NCBI GenBank assembly: GCA_951406725.2
Contig: OX597816.1
Coordinates: 152,830,001 to 152,894,000, forward strand
Length of the DNA stretch: 64,000 bases
Source of the DNA: Octopus vulgaris
Lineage: Eukaryota
Direction: 5' to 3'
Positions 27,097 through 42,984 of the stretch are shown in pieces. Below the pieces are notes generated by a model. That model was not told where the DNA came from and did not search any database. It saw nothing but the letters and a program-made list of their open reading frames with translations. Within the stretch, counting starts at the first letter, position 1, and every line of letters begins with the position of its first letter. Made by a program: the position numbers and the translations under genes.

Positions 27097-28141
27097 TTTC
27101 AAAAACTTTTCTATATCTGTACTGTACCTTTGTTTTATTTATTTATTCATTCATTTATTTATTTATCTATCTATCTATTTATTTATTTACATAAGCAATT
27201 GTATATCCAATGGCACTAATTACAAAGACGAAGGAATTCATTAGATGAAATGGTGTCATTTCAGTGCTCCTCAGGTTACGTCTGGAAGACATTTTAGTTT
27301 ACTTGATACTTCTCTGTCAATCAATAAAACACTATTGACGTTTTTGTTATATGAAAGTGTCAGATTTATTGTATGATAACTATTGAGTAGTTTCTATGCA
27401 ACTTTTCTATTTCATTTCTAAAGCAAATGACAGGGCAGGGAGCTGTTTCGACTTATTGCATCTCATTAGCCACGCAACCGTGTATAACTTTAACCTCGAC
27501 GCAGTGATGTCTTTCACTGATTAAATAATTATCTGTTAATACAAATACACCCCTATTTCATATGTAGTGGATTTCTTTTGGGCCAGTTTAACAATGGTTA
27601 GTACAACAAAATGTATTTTATGAAATCGTGTTTTAAGTTCAAAATTTTCAGAAGTTCGTTGATGAAATGGCCAGTCAAATGGTGACAGACTTGAGTGCGA
27701 TTCGTGAGAATCACTGGATAAAAACAAACGATTTGGCTGACTTTGGATTCCTTGCATCACATTGTAGGTTGCTGTCGTTTTGGAAACAGGGATACATTTT
27801 TATTATTTCTTTCATTATTATAATTAAATTGAATGTTTGCAGTACACTAAAGTGTATTATTGTAATAAATACACTTCGGTAATTAATTCATAGCATGCTA
27901 AGGCTTTTTCTTCACCCCCCTCTCTTTGTATTTTCTTCTTTTTTTTCGGTTTTTAAAGTAGTCTAGTTGGTATGTTGTTTCTGAGATGATGTTATTATAA
28001 AGAAATGATTATTGCAAAGAAAAACCAACATAGTCAAAACTTTTGAGGATAGAGCTTTTCCTCTCAGACCCAACCCCATGACAACTTTTTTGACTACTCC
28101 TTGAAGAGGAAAATGAGCAGAGAGAGAGAGGGGGATTATTA

Positions 28142-28199
<58 letters not shown>

Positions 28200-28235
28200 C
28201 ATCATCATCATCATCATCATCATTATCATCATTTA

Positions 28236-28964
28236 AGGCGATGAGCTGGCAGGATCGTTAGTACTCCGGGCTAAATACTTAGCGTTATTTCGTCTGCTGC
28301 TATGTTCTGAGTTGAAATTCCGCCAAGGTCGACTTTGCCTTTCATCCCTTCGGGGTCGATAAATTAAGTACCAATTACGTACTGAGGTCGATCTGATTCA
28401 CTGCCCCCTCTCCTCCGAGCTTTCAGGCCTTGTGCTTATAATAGAAAGGAATACTGTTATTGACATGTTAACATCATCATCATCATCATCATCATCATCA
28501 TTATTATTTAAGGCGGCCAGTTGGCAGAATCCTTAGCACGCCGGGCGAAATGGTTTGCGGTATTTCGACGTCTCTATGTTCAGAGTCCAAATTCCGCCGA
28601 GGTTGACTTTCCCCTCCATCCTTTCGGGGTCGATAAATTAAGTACCAGCTGAGTATTGGAGTCGATGTAATCGACTTACCTCTCCCCACTAAAATCAAGA
28701 CCTTGTGCCTATAGTAGAAATGATTATCATTTGAGGCGGCGAGCTGGCAGATTCGTGAGCATACTGGGCGAAAAGCTTAGCAGTATTTCGTATGTCGCAA
28801 CGTTTTGAGTTCAAATTCCGCTGAGGTCAACTTTGCCTTTCATCCTTTCGGGGTCGATAAATTAAGTACCAGTGAAACACTGGGTCGATGTAATCGACAA
28901 GTCCCCTCCCACCAAATTTCAGACCTTGTGCTTTTAGTGGAAAGGATTAATAATATTATTATTA

Positions 28965-29017
<53 letters not shown>

Positions 29018-29115
29018 GTAAGCCGGTGAGCTGACAATCTTTAGCACGCCGGGCGAAATGCTTAGCAGCATTTCGTCTGTCTTCACGTTCTGAGTTCAAA
29101 TTCCGCCGAAGTCGG
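28236..29115 (+). mobile_element. Train of four SINE family B copies
   Basis: Heads ggcg..gagctggcag at ~28236, 28511, 28735 and 29020, mostly separated by (ATT)/(ATC) tracts. Confidence 0.9.
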
Positions 29116-29174
<59 letters not shown>

Positions 29175-29189
29175 CATTATTATTATTAT

Positions 29190-30560
29190 TGCCTTTGCAC
29201 AGCTTCTAACGCTGGAGATGTACTACAGTGTCAGCTGTTCACTAACAGTGAACTAACGTAACACCTCTTATTTTTCTAGCACCTTCCGGAGTATTCGAGC
29301 GGTTTCAAGCAGTGCTCTTTTGTGCAAGTGATCCACCTTTATTGCAGCCCTTATTTGTTCCACGTACTTCTCGAGATTTTTTCTCACTGTTCCCAGGGCT
29401 CCGACAATCATTGTTACTACTGCTACCTTTTTTCTTCGACCACAACTGCTTTACTTCCCAAGCTAACCTGTCATATCTCTCGACATTTCTTTCTTCCTTA
29501 TCGCATACCTTGTTGTCAGCTGGGCATACTATATCTATGATCCAGCATAGTTTGTTTTCTATCTCAATTAAGACTATGTCCGGCTTCCTATTCTCTATCT
29601 CATTGTTGTACTGAATCATAAAATCCCATTGGATCTTTGCATTTCTATTTTAGACGATGTCTTCAGGTTTGTGGTCGGACCAACATTTTGCTCTGTCAAG
29701 TCCATACTTGTTGCAAAGTGTCCAATGGACAAGCCTGGCTATATTGTCGTGGCGTCTCTTATATTCCTTCTAGACTAGTGGCATACATTGGCTGGTAATA
29801 TGCCATACGGTTTCATTGTTTTGTTCACTGATTCTGCACTTATCACTTTCTGTTGTGCTATTTATTCTGTATTTTATGTAGTTTGTTCTTATTGCTTGCT
29901 CTTGGACAGCACAGATGAGAGCCTCCGTTTCCGGTTTTAAATCACTTTTAGTCATCCGTAGCTATCTTTTTTCTCTATCTGTCTTATCTTCAACATCTCT
30001 ATGAAGTTGACCATGCATTCTTTTCTCTACCCACCTATTTTCAGGTTCATTCGTTTTCAATTTCTTGTATTGTGCCTTATATTTGCAAACTGTCACCCTG
30101 CACAAGCCTGACCTTCTTACTTCTAATAATAGCGGTTCTGTGGCATTTTTTTTACATACCATGCTATGTTGTTTTCGTCTGCTCTAATAAGTCCTCTTCC
30201 CCCACGTTTTCTTGGTACATATAGTCTGTCTATGTCACTTTTTGGGTGGAGTGACCCATATCTATTCAGCAACTTCCTTTCATTCTGTTTAAGCTGTTTA
30301 CTTCGTCTACTGTCCATGCGATTACCCCTGCTCCATTTCTAAGGAGTGAAACCGCCCTGGTGTTGACAGCTTCGATCTTATTCCGTCCGTTTAATTTCGT
30401 CTTAAGGATCAGTCTCAGTCTGCGCAAGTACTCCACCTTAAATTTTTCTGTAATTTTTTCTCCATCAGTTTATCCATTTCCCAAATCCCCAGGTACTTAT
30501 AGCCCGTCTCTTCTATCTGCTTCATAACCTCCCCCGACGGTATTGTTAACCCGTCCATAC
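29190..30560 (-). mobile_element. 5'-truncated R4/Dong-type non-LTR retrotransposon (RT C-terminus, zinc knuckle, RLE)
   Basis: GYKYLG; LHPKSDIDRLYVPRKRGGRGL; ETEALICAVQEQAIRT...CRI..ETVWHITSQC; RKPDIVLIE...IIDIVCP. The 3' end abuts (TAA)n. Confidence 0.92.
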
Positions 30561-30922
30561 ATGTGTAGTAGCAGCAGTGGTTGCAGCAACAGCATGGGTG
30601 GGGGTAGTAGTTAGGGTGGGAGTTGGGCCTCGATTCCTGTGCTATCATGATAGTAGTAGTTGTAGTATTATTGTAGTATTAGTACTATTTAGTATTAGCA
30701 GCTGCAGCATGTTATTATACTGGCAAGACCAATTCGCGGCCAAACCTTGGTCTTGCCAGTATAATGCTCTGTCTCTTTTTTTAGCGTTCTTTTCTTTAGC
30801 CAATCCCACCTATGTTTTTCAGCAACTTCTGCTGTGGCTATATGGAATTGATTGTGTAGTCCCTTGTGGCGTAATGCTTCTTCATGTCCTTTTTGTATTT
30901 CTTCCTTTTATTTTATTATTAT

Positions 30923-31222
30923 TATTACCTCTGCCTTGGCGAAGGCGGAGGTATTGTTTTTCAGTCGTGTTTGTTCGTTTGTCCGTGGACAAGATATATC
31001 AAGAACCGCTGGATGGATTCTAATGAAACTTTCAGGGATGCTTGGTCTCATAACTAGCAAGAAATGGTTAGATTTTGGGATCGATCCAGTACCGGAAAAG
31101 GATTCTGGATTATTTTTCCTGTTTCTTTCTTTTACTTAATTTTTGAGAGCGGTTGGGTTCATTTTTAGGATTCTCTTTTGTGAGAGCAGTCGAGTTTATT
31201 TCAGATATTCTCATTTTAAATA
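30923..31222 (+). mobile_element. Helentron/DINE-like non-autonomous element, truncated
   Basis: ttattACCTCTGCCTTggcgAAGGCGGAGGT terminal hairpin, then gtttgttcgtttgtccgt microsatellite and atgaaacttt core. Confidence 0.6.
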
Positions 31223-31225
31223 TCA

Positions 31226-33025
<1,800 letters not shown>

Positions 33026-33059
33026 CATTATTATCATCATCATCATCATCATTATTGAC

Positions 33060-33377
33060 TTGGTACAATCGTTAGCATGTCGGGAAAATGCTTAGCGGGG
33101 TTTCGTCCGTCTTTAGGTTCTAGGTTCAAACTGTGCCGAGATTGACTTTGCCCTTCACTTTTTCGGAATCGATAAATTAAGTAGCAATCAAGTAATGGGG
33201 TCGATGTGATCGTCTATTCCCTCCCTTCAAATTCCAGGCCTTGTGCCTATAATACAAATGATTATTATTATTATCATTTTTTCTTTTTATCTCAGGTTTC
33301 GTTGTAATTCCTGGAGTCTTGCATATGTGAAGGGCTTGCTGTCTGCAGTCTACTGTACCATACTATCTGTTTTATTC

Positions 33378-33416
<39 letters not shown>

Positions 33417-34350
33417 TTAAGACCTTGGGCCTATTATAGAACAAATTTTGGCACAAGGCCAGTGATTTCGGGGATGGGATTAAGCCGATTACATCGACCA
33501 CCCCGAATGTTCTACTGGAGCATTGGGGTCGATGTAATCGAAACTCGAAAGGGTAAAAGGAAAAGTCGACCTTGTTGTTGTTGTTGTTGTTATTGTTGTA
33601 GTTATTGTTGTTGTTGTTAATATTATTGGTAATAATAATCGTTGTTGTAGTAGTCTTTTTCACCTTTTGTTAATCATCGTATCACTTCAATGATTTTATT
33701 TTCTAATTTTCTAATTCTTTTCCACACACCTGCTTTTCATACATTTACCTCTTTTGTTGCTTACCCATCTACATTTATTTACTGTTGAATGTTTTATTTT
33801 CATTTTAATCCGAACTTAGACAGTTGTTGAGGGGGTAAAGAGGAATCCACCGACGTGTGACGCTGCTGTGAAGCCAGCCATTACATAAGCATTGCTAAAG
33901 TATATGTCTATCGACTTTCTACCAACAATGCACATACATTCATTGAAAGTCATACAAACACACACGCACCAGCCCCGCCCCCAGGTATGCACGTGCACAC
34001 AAACGCACATTCACTCATAGACACAATCAATACTAAATATTCACGATCGTATATGCGGCTAAGAGAGTATTTTAGTTCTTATTTCTAGCAATCCGGCACT
34101 GTCAGTCACAATTAGAGATAATCGAATTCTTCCTCTTCGGCTTTATATTGCTTATAGCCGCCTTCGTTAACACGCCGGGCGAAATGCTTAGCAGTATTCA
34201 CGTTATGAGTTCAAATTCTGCTGAGGTCGACTTTGCCTTTTATCCTTTCGGGGTCGATAAATTAAGTACCAGTGAAACACTGGGGGCGAAATATTCGACT
34301 AGTCCCCTCTCCCAGAATTTTAGGCATTGTGCCTATATTAGAAAGAGTTA
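33060..34350. mobile_element. SINE family B copies (33060-33260, 33435-33575 rearranged, 34160-34350)
   Basis: Core motif matches. Confidence 0.75.
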
Positions 34351-34817
34351 TTCTATTATTTTCACATTACCATTTTGCTGAATCGACCATTGATCTATAT
34401 GGTAAATACTATATACTGACAGTTGGGATTTGGTCAAGCGACTCAGCGATGGAGTAATCACCACTTAAGAGCTTTAATTTCAAGCGAAACTAGAATTCTA
34501 GTATGGTGATCTCACTCGCTGTCGGGCGGTTAGCTCCCCTGTCAGTGCATAGACATGTATTTATTTGCGGCTAAGAGTGTATTTTACCTCTTATTTTTAG
34601 CAATGTAGGTGCTACCCTGCACCGTCAGGCACAGTTAGTGACAATTAGTTTTTTTCTTTTTGGCTTTATATTGCTTATAGGCGTCTTCATTATTTTATAT
34701 GTATGTATGTTTATGTATGTATGTATGTATGTATGTATGTATGTATGTATGTATGTATGTATGTATGTATGTATACATGCATGTGTATGTGTATGTGTAT
34801 GTCTAGAAACATGTTTT

Positions 34818-34891
<74 letters not shown>

Positions 34892-35004
34892 CATCCATCC
34901 ATCCATTTATCCATCCATCCATCCATCCATCCATCCATCCATACATACATACATACATACATACATACATACATACATACATACATACATACGTATATAT
35001 ATAT

Positions 35005-35200
35005 TCTTTTCCTTGTTTCAGTCATTCGATTGCGACCACGCTGAAGCACTGCCTTTAGTCGAAGAAATCGACCTAAGACTTATTCTTTGTAAGCCTAGTA
35101 CTTATTCTATCGGTCACTGTTGCCGAACCGCTAAGTCACGATGACGTAAACACACCAACATCGGTTGTCAAGCGATGGTGGGGGGACAAACACGGACACA
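35005..35200 (-). mobile_element. SINE family A, 3' part
   Basis: Reverse complement of the family A tail. Confidence 0.85.
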
Positions 35201-36015
35201 CAAGCACGCACGCACGCACACACACACACACACACATACACACACACACAGGACCTGTCCTGTTTTTCCTTTCCTTCTAATTGTTGTTTTACCCGTCCAC
35301 CTTTGTATCTTCTAGCTGCCCGGATATTTTATTGTCTTCTATTGTGTTCTTGTTCCTCTTTTCATACTTATATATTCACATATAGCGGCGTACGTACACA
35401 TAAGTAAACGTGTATCTAAATTTTGTACGATACTTTTACTCTGTCTTGAATATAAAATATTGGCCTATATTCGGTAGCTATTTCAAGAAAATTAACTCAA
35501 ACTGCAATTCGATTATGAGTTGTCATCCTTACTTTTGTTTGGCATAGTTAAGCATTGTTTAACAATGTTTCTTATCTCAATACAGTTATAATTAATTGGA
35601 ATGTAGTTGAAGTAGGTACACTTTGATAGTGTTAACTCTCAAGTAATACTTTTACCTGAGAGTTAAGTTCGTTTCGATGTTCGTTCCGTTTAATAATGGC
35701 GATTTTTATGACTTATTAATGATATAAAACATATATACGTATATATATACATTTAGATTTTCATTTAGATATATATATACACTTAGATATAGATTTTTTG
35801 ATGAAACTACAGGAGTAGTTGAAAGCGCTAATATGAAGTAATAATATATTATATGTAAATAAATATATATTTTTACAACCATCCAGCATTCTGAACATCT
35901 TTTTTCTTTCATATATATTAAATCTGTACATCACCCTCAATACTTCTAATATATATACATACATATACATTCACACACACACACACACACGCACACGCAC
36001 ACACACTCACATGCG

Positions 36016-36048
<33 letters not shown>

Positions 36049-36059
36049 GTATAGTAAAT

Positions 36060-38705
36060 CCCAAAAAGAAGAAAACACACAAAAAACAACACAAGGACAT
36101 GTAAAGTATTAGCAGACGCTCAGGGAAGGAAAGAAAGATGGTTTAACGTTTCAAGCAACGCTCTTCTTCAGAAACAGAAAAATCCGATAGAAAGGAAAAC
36201 AGGGGAAGAAAATTGCCAACAATTCACTTGTGGTTACTTTTTGAAATGACCGGAAGGAAATGGGTGAAAAAAACGTTCTAAGATAGAAGAGTGTAAGAGA
36301 AGGAGGCATGTGTGGATATGTGTCTGCGTGCAAGTCTGTGTGTGTGTGTGTAATAGCACGTGTGTGAGCGTATGTGTGTGTATGTGTTGTGTGTTTGGTT
36401 TTGGGGCGGTTTTGGCTGTGTTTTATGTAGTTGTGTCTCTTCACTTGTGCGTAGAGAATGGTCAGTAGAAAGATGTTTGACTGGCAGATTGAAGTATGTG
36501 TGTGCGTGTATGTACATGTGTATGTGTGTTTTTTGTGCAGTGTGTGCATACTTCTGTGTGTGTGCGTGTGTGTGTGTATGTGTGTGTATGTGTGTGTTTG
36601 TGTGTGTATGTGTGTGTTTGTGCGTGTGTGTATGTGTGTGCGTGGGGTTGTGTGTGTGGAGTATATGTGCGCTCCTGTGTGTGTTCGTGTGCGTGCGTGT
36701 ATGTGTGTGTATATGCCCATGTATGTGTAGTTGTGTACGTGTATGTATGAGTGTGTGTATGTGTGTGCGTGTGTATATGTGTGCGTGTGCATGTGTGCGT
36801 GTGTGTGTGTGTATATATATGTGTGTGTGTGTGAACGTTGGGTTGTTTGTGGAAGTATATGTACGTACTGTGCCCGTATGCGCGTGCGTGCGTGCGCGCG
36901 TGTGTGTCTACTTAGGTGTGTGTACGTGTGTGTGTATGTTCGTGTAGTTGTGTGTACGTGTGTGTGTATGTAGATGTGTGCACGTGTGTGTACGTGGAGT
37001 TGTGTGTGTTTGGTATGTGTGCGCATGCGTATGTGTGTACATTTGTGTATGTACGTGTGTGTGTATGTGAGTGTGCGTGTATGTACGTGTGTGTGTGCGC
37101 GCATGTATGTGTGTGTTGTGTGTGCTGTGCGTGTGCATGTATATGTATGTTGTGTGTGTGGTATGTGTGGGAGGTATATGTGCATTGATGTGTATGCGCG
37201 CGCGTGTATGTGTGCGAGTGTGTGTGTATGAACATGTGTGTATGTAATTGTGTGCCTGGGGTTGTGTTATGTGGAGGTATATGTACGTTCCTGTGTTCGT
37301 GTGTGTATGCACGTGTGTACATGTGTATGAGCGTGTGTGTTTGTGCATATATGTGTGTGTTTATGTATGTGCATGTATGTGTATTGTGTGTGTGTATGGG
37401 AGGTATATGTGCGTTTATGTGTGTCCACGGGTGCGTGTATTTTTCGTGTGAGTATGTGTACGTGGGTGTATGTATGTATGCGTGTATAGAGAAATAAAAT
37501 AAAATATAAAATAAGATCGATAAATAAAGGGGGAAAGGGGAAAAAGGTACACGATGTAAAATTTTTTTTTAAATAACAGATACAAGAAAAAGAAAAATTA
37601 AATAAAAATTAAAGGTACAAAATAGAAATTAATAAAATTATAAAAATATAAGGCAATTAAAAATGTTAAACAATTCGACGGAACGAAAACGATAAAACAT
37701 CGAGAAAGGAGTAACAGTGTAAAAAAGTGAGTATAAGAGAAGATAAAATAAGATGAAATAAAATAAAATAAAATAAAATAAAATAAAATGAATTAAAAAG
37801 TTGCTTTTTTTAAGGAGTTTGTGGGGACAATCGTTAAGTGTTGTGTTGAGTCCGAAAGGTATTTGTGCTTGTAGACTGAAAATGTAACGCTGTTCCAGGC
37901 GGAGTTGCGAGTGTGTGGATACGTGGTGCAGGGCGAGGCCAAAGACGGATATATTAGAGGGGAGAGGTTGGCCAAGCAGAAATGACGGGCGACGGGGGTG
38001 CTCGTCCGTAGCCGAACATCTCTTAGATATTCGGTGAATTTATTGCAGAGATTACATCTAATGCAACAGATAAGGCTTGAAGAGGTGCAGGAGAAGGAGT
38101 TTCTAATGTGGAGAGTGTGCTTGTTGGATCCAGTGAGGGTGGTGGTGTTGGTGATGAAAGGGCAGGTGTAGCAGCGGGTTCTAGAGCAAGGGAAGGACCT
38201 GGGGTGGAGAGGAGAAGGTACTACGGATCAGTAGATCGCGTAGGTTCCGAACGCGTTTAAAGGACAAGGATGGGTTGGGGAAAATGGGGTGGGGTGGGAT
38301 CTAACTGGAGACGACGGTAGGCCGTAGGATCCCCCGACAAAACGCGGACAAGGCAGTTGGACAAGGGATGAGGGATTTGAACAGGCGGGCAAGGTATTGG
38401 GACTGGGTCTCGAAATACTAGTCCCGGCTGCACAAGCGTCGGAGGCAGAGGAACTGGGCGTAGGGGATGGTCCATTTGGTTTGGGAGGGATGGGAGGGGA
38501 GGATTTGAGGCAGAGGTGGGAATCTGTGGGTTTGAAGAAGGCGGGGGTGGTGAGAGAGATGTCTAGGAAGTTAAACGAGGTGTTAGAGATGGTACAGGTA
38601 AATTGGAAATAATGATGAAAGTTAGAGAAGAAAGAAATGAAGTGGCAGAGTTGTTCGCGGGAGATGAAGATGGCACCTATACAGTCGTCTATGTAGCAAC
38701 CATAT
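36060..38705 (-). mobile_element. Decayed Penelope-like element (RT thumb, GIY-YIG region, CA-rich tract, terminal repeat)
   Basis: YIDDC...FQFT...FLDI...KPTDSH (38480-38700); PCSRTRCYTCPFI...FSCTSS..ICCIRC...PVARHF (37980-38210); terminal repeat with CTGAAGA...GAAACG at 36143-36171. Confidence 0.82.
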
Positions 38706-38797
38706 ACAGACACACACACACGCACTCATGGCACTCACTTGCATACACTCACACACACAAATATATGTTGGTATTCACATATATGCACGACGGTGTG

Positions 38798-38854
<57 letters not shown>

Positions 38855-41510
38855 GCGATGGAAATGCCACAACAGATGTTGACAGAAAAAGGACCACCTG
38901 ACCAGCGGACCGACCGCATCCAGAAAGTGAATTAACAAGCGCGCTCAGTCACAAACCAGGCAAGTCATGAACCAGGCGATGTGTACAATATAAGCGCTCG
39001 CCACCTCCGTTCTACCTTTCAGTCTATTTCTGGACATGATTGACTTTCTGTTGCTTCTTTCCAGTCTTTGTTCACCTGGAGGTCCGGATCAAACCAGAAC
39101 TCGAGCAACTTAACTGATCCGCCATACCAAAGCTCATCGTCGCGGCAAGGATTTGTCTCGCTTGGTTCTGAGCTAGCCCACTGACATTTCCTGTTTAATT
39201 TTTGCTCGTGTTTCCGCTTAGTACTCCCTCAGAGCAACGCTGATCAACTCAATGGATTTGATATCTGACACTAATATAGAAACATCGTCCGTATATACTG
39301 ACAAAGCTCTTCCACATCTAGTTCATGCAGGATGTCACTCGAAGCCTCTAATTACTACACTAGTGGATCGGGCGCCAATGCATTCAATGGGGCGACAGGG
39401 AGCAACCTCGACTGAGAGAATGCATAATACTAAACAGTTCCGATATTTACTCTGACCACGAAGAGATGTCACTGCACACTGCAGCTATCCAGTCTCTGAA
39501 GACGGGATCGAACCCAGCTACCGTGAGGACAGCCACCAAGTATTGATGATCAACCCCATCGAAAGGTTTTAATTGATATAAATTGATCAGGCTTTCACGC
39601 ATACCAGTTCTTTACCTACTCTTCCCATGTTTTTTCACCTGAGGTGGAGATTGTCGTTGATAGATCTGTTTGGTATAGTGCATATCTTTGCCTCACCTAC
39701 CAGTGTATCGACGACAAACACTAACCTCTTGGTTAGCACTGATTAAAATATTTAATTAAATTTTTAACTCTGCATTTAGCGTGGTTACAAGCCTGAAATG
39801 GTTAAAATCATTCTTCTTAGCCAGGTCCTTCCTCAGTATTTCGCAAGACTAGGGAATCTCCCATTCAGTTGTCAGTTGCAGTAGACATCTGCCCACAGTC
39901 TCTCGAGTAAGTCTGGTATATGAAGATAAAGCTCATCCAGTCCCGGCAACTTCTGCTTCGTGGGACTAGCCAATATTTTCCGTATTTGATCATCTATTAT
40001 CGGCCTTTTGCAGCACTCCGCATCCGTAGCATAGAGCCGCAGCAAGGTCGTTGCTGAAGGCAATTAAAGTTCGCCCACACTTCTGATCCGCCACCCGCTG
40101 CAAGCAGTTCTGCAAAGTGACACTGAAAAGCCGCGCTCATCTGCCTGGAATGGTGTAGCTCGGGTCCTGCCCGATCCGACAAAGACTGAATTGTAATGTT
40201 TGCACGATGCGTTCGTCGAAAAGCTTTCGTTTTCTCACGTCTTAGAGTAAGCTTCCAAGCGTTGAAAACGCAGCCTTCATACTTCGCATTGAAGAATTGT
40301 CTACAGCCAATCTCACCATCAACACAGTATCTTTTAATTAGGCCTCTACTAGGTTCCTAACTAGTTCTCCCTCTATTCTAGAATTCTCAATCCCTACTTC
40401 GATTCTAATCTAATTTCCCTTCTCATCGGCTCCAAGTTTTCCAATCCGATCTTTATAAGCTTGGTGCGCCGCACCAAAGTCGACTGTACAAATCACAAAT
40501 TTGTGGTCTGGATTATGGGCGTTCTAAGCCATTACTCTCTAGTGGTCCACAGAATATTCTGTCTACACATTGTCAAAATAAACTTGTTATTTGCCCATAT
40601 CCGCACTGACTCACGCTGGAATTTAAATCGGTGCTTATCTGTCAGTTGGCAATATCTGAGCAGGTTTGTAAGGCTTTTGTACGCCCTCTACAATCAATTA
40701 GTCTCACACAAGCTAAACGTGCATCCAAGATGGCTTTCCAATCGTGCATTATCACTAAATAGTAGAACGTTCCGAGGAAAATCTCTAGACGCCTGGTTTT
40801 GGGGAATGATGGAGTTGAACAATAAATCTGTTTGCCTTTCTTGTCGTGCTTTAGATGTTTTGCATCTCAGATAGAATTGTTGTCAACAACTGTATGCATG
40901 CATGTATCGCTTCGGATGACGTAAACAGGAACAGCGAAATAGTGGTATTCGTCAATCATAACTCTTTCCTAATACTTATCCTCTATACATTGCTAGAGTG
41001 GAATTTCTACCGACTGTAAGTCCAATTGGTTAAGGATTGTGAGCATCTTGAGAAATTCCAAATGCCAGGCACTCAATCTTTTCTTTAATCAGGTCTGCAT
41101 CTCCTGCCATGAAAATAACTGTAGAAAGACGTACCATGAGAACAGAGGCGACGCCAATTTCAACATTCAGGAATCTCTACAGATGGTGTGGCTACACTGT
41201 ATATCTGTGCATCAGAGATTTTTGAGGATTTGGTATGCCGTTGCATACCAAACTTATGGGCCACCTGACGGATGGAACACAGCCCTTCCGCATGAAGCGT
41301 ACAAATAAACCCTCCAATCAGGTCATATGGGGACTAGGGTAAGGCATAACGGCCAGGCGGGGAATTATGAGGGAGGCGATGTAAGCATACATCACATCGG
41401 CTCTACAGCTTTTTTTGGTCAAGACTGGCCAGCCTGGTCGTTACCTTGTCTCAATTCCTACCTATATGGGGGACCGAATCGAAAAAGGTCGCGATTTAAA
41501 TCTATCGTGT
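38855..41510 (-). mobile_element. Highly decayed L1/Tx1-type LINE
   Basis: Broken frames give FRLVTTLNAELKI, IPNRSINDNLHL, YTDDVSILVSD and KLLEFWFDPDLQVNKDW. 5' boundary approximate. Confidence 0.75.
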
Positions 41511-41523
41511 CAACTGAAAAAAA

Positions 41524-41585
<62 letters not shown>

Positions 41586-41789
41586 ATCGTCATTGTTATC
41601 GCTACTGTTACTCACTTCAATATTTCCTCATTATTTAGTTATGGGTATCTAAGTCTTTCGTCACACTCCTTTGAACCATTCATTGATAACTGCCACTGGT
41701 GTGTGACAAATGACTTCCATATTATTAAGCAAATAATGGGATACTAAAGAAGTTAATAATGCTAATAATAATTATCAACAATGATGATG

Positions 41790-41960
41790 GGGCTGGACAA
41801 ATGTGCCAAAGCTACAATAAGAATAGGCAAATTATCTAAAACTGAGGACATTAAAATATAGACATTGAAATGAGAGAATTAAACCAGGAAATCCAATACA
41901 AATACATACGTCTAGGTGAAACAGCTAAGATAGAACACATAGATATGAGACACAGAAAAC
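41790..41960 (+). mobile_element. R4/Dong-type RT fragment
   Basis: GLDKCAKATIRIGK...QYKYI motif. Confidence 0.6.
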
Positions 41961-42138
41961 AAGTCAGACTAATATTGCTGGTGAGTTCAATGTTAGATTC
42001 AAACTAATACTAGTACAGCTTCAAAATAATACTTCGGAAGTTTAAGTCAATTGAAAATTTCACATAATAAAGCTTCTAAGCGAATTTTAGAAGACCCAGC
42101 AAGGATGCATGCATGCACACACACACACACACACTCGC

Positions 42139-42174
<36 letters not shown>

Positions 42175-42424
42175 GTACACGCACACAGATACACACATAC
42201 ACAGATACACACACAGATATAATATAGTAACTCAAAAGCTATTTAAGGAATAGATACATATGTATACATGTATATCTATCTATCTATCTATCTCTGTCTT
42301 CTGCCCGTATGACTGTCTGTCTGTCTATTGTCTGCCTTTCTCTGAGTGTCTCACTGTATGCGCATATGTGATTGTGTACGTCTGTCTTTGTTACTATGTT
42401 TCACTGCCCTGCCACCTCTCTCTC

Positions 42425-42480
<56 letters not shown>

Positions 42481-42516
42481 CAGAAAGAGAAAGAGAGAGA
42501 GGGAGAGAAAGAGAGG

Positions 42517-42579
<63 letters not shown>

Positions 42580-42984
42580 CTAAATATTTGTTCTTTTATC
42601 GTTGATCAGTCTTACTAATGAAAAGGGTTCGATGATGATTCTAGAAATATTACGTTAGAAAAGATTAAATTGGTTGTTTTTGCTTGTACTGAGTAATGAC
42701 ATGATACACATGCAGTCACACAACTAGACAAATACATACACTCACAAGCACTCGTAGTATTTTAATCACTCTCTCTACACATACACGCACACACACATAC
42801 ACATGTGAAAGTAGCTACACAAATTCACATAAAGCAAATCGCAAATAAATGTGTGCGTCTGTGCATGCGCACATGAGACACACACACATAACACATACAC
42901 ACATATATAAGGATCTTTTTCTATATATATGTATATATACATATACATCCTATATACGTGTATATGAACATATGTGCATATATA

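Noticed and set aside
28236-29115. Regularly spaced repeats resembling a CRISPR array
   Set aside because: These are ~200-bp SINE copies in eukaryotic DNA, with no short repeat-spacer structure and no cas genes.
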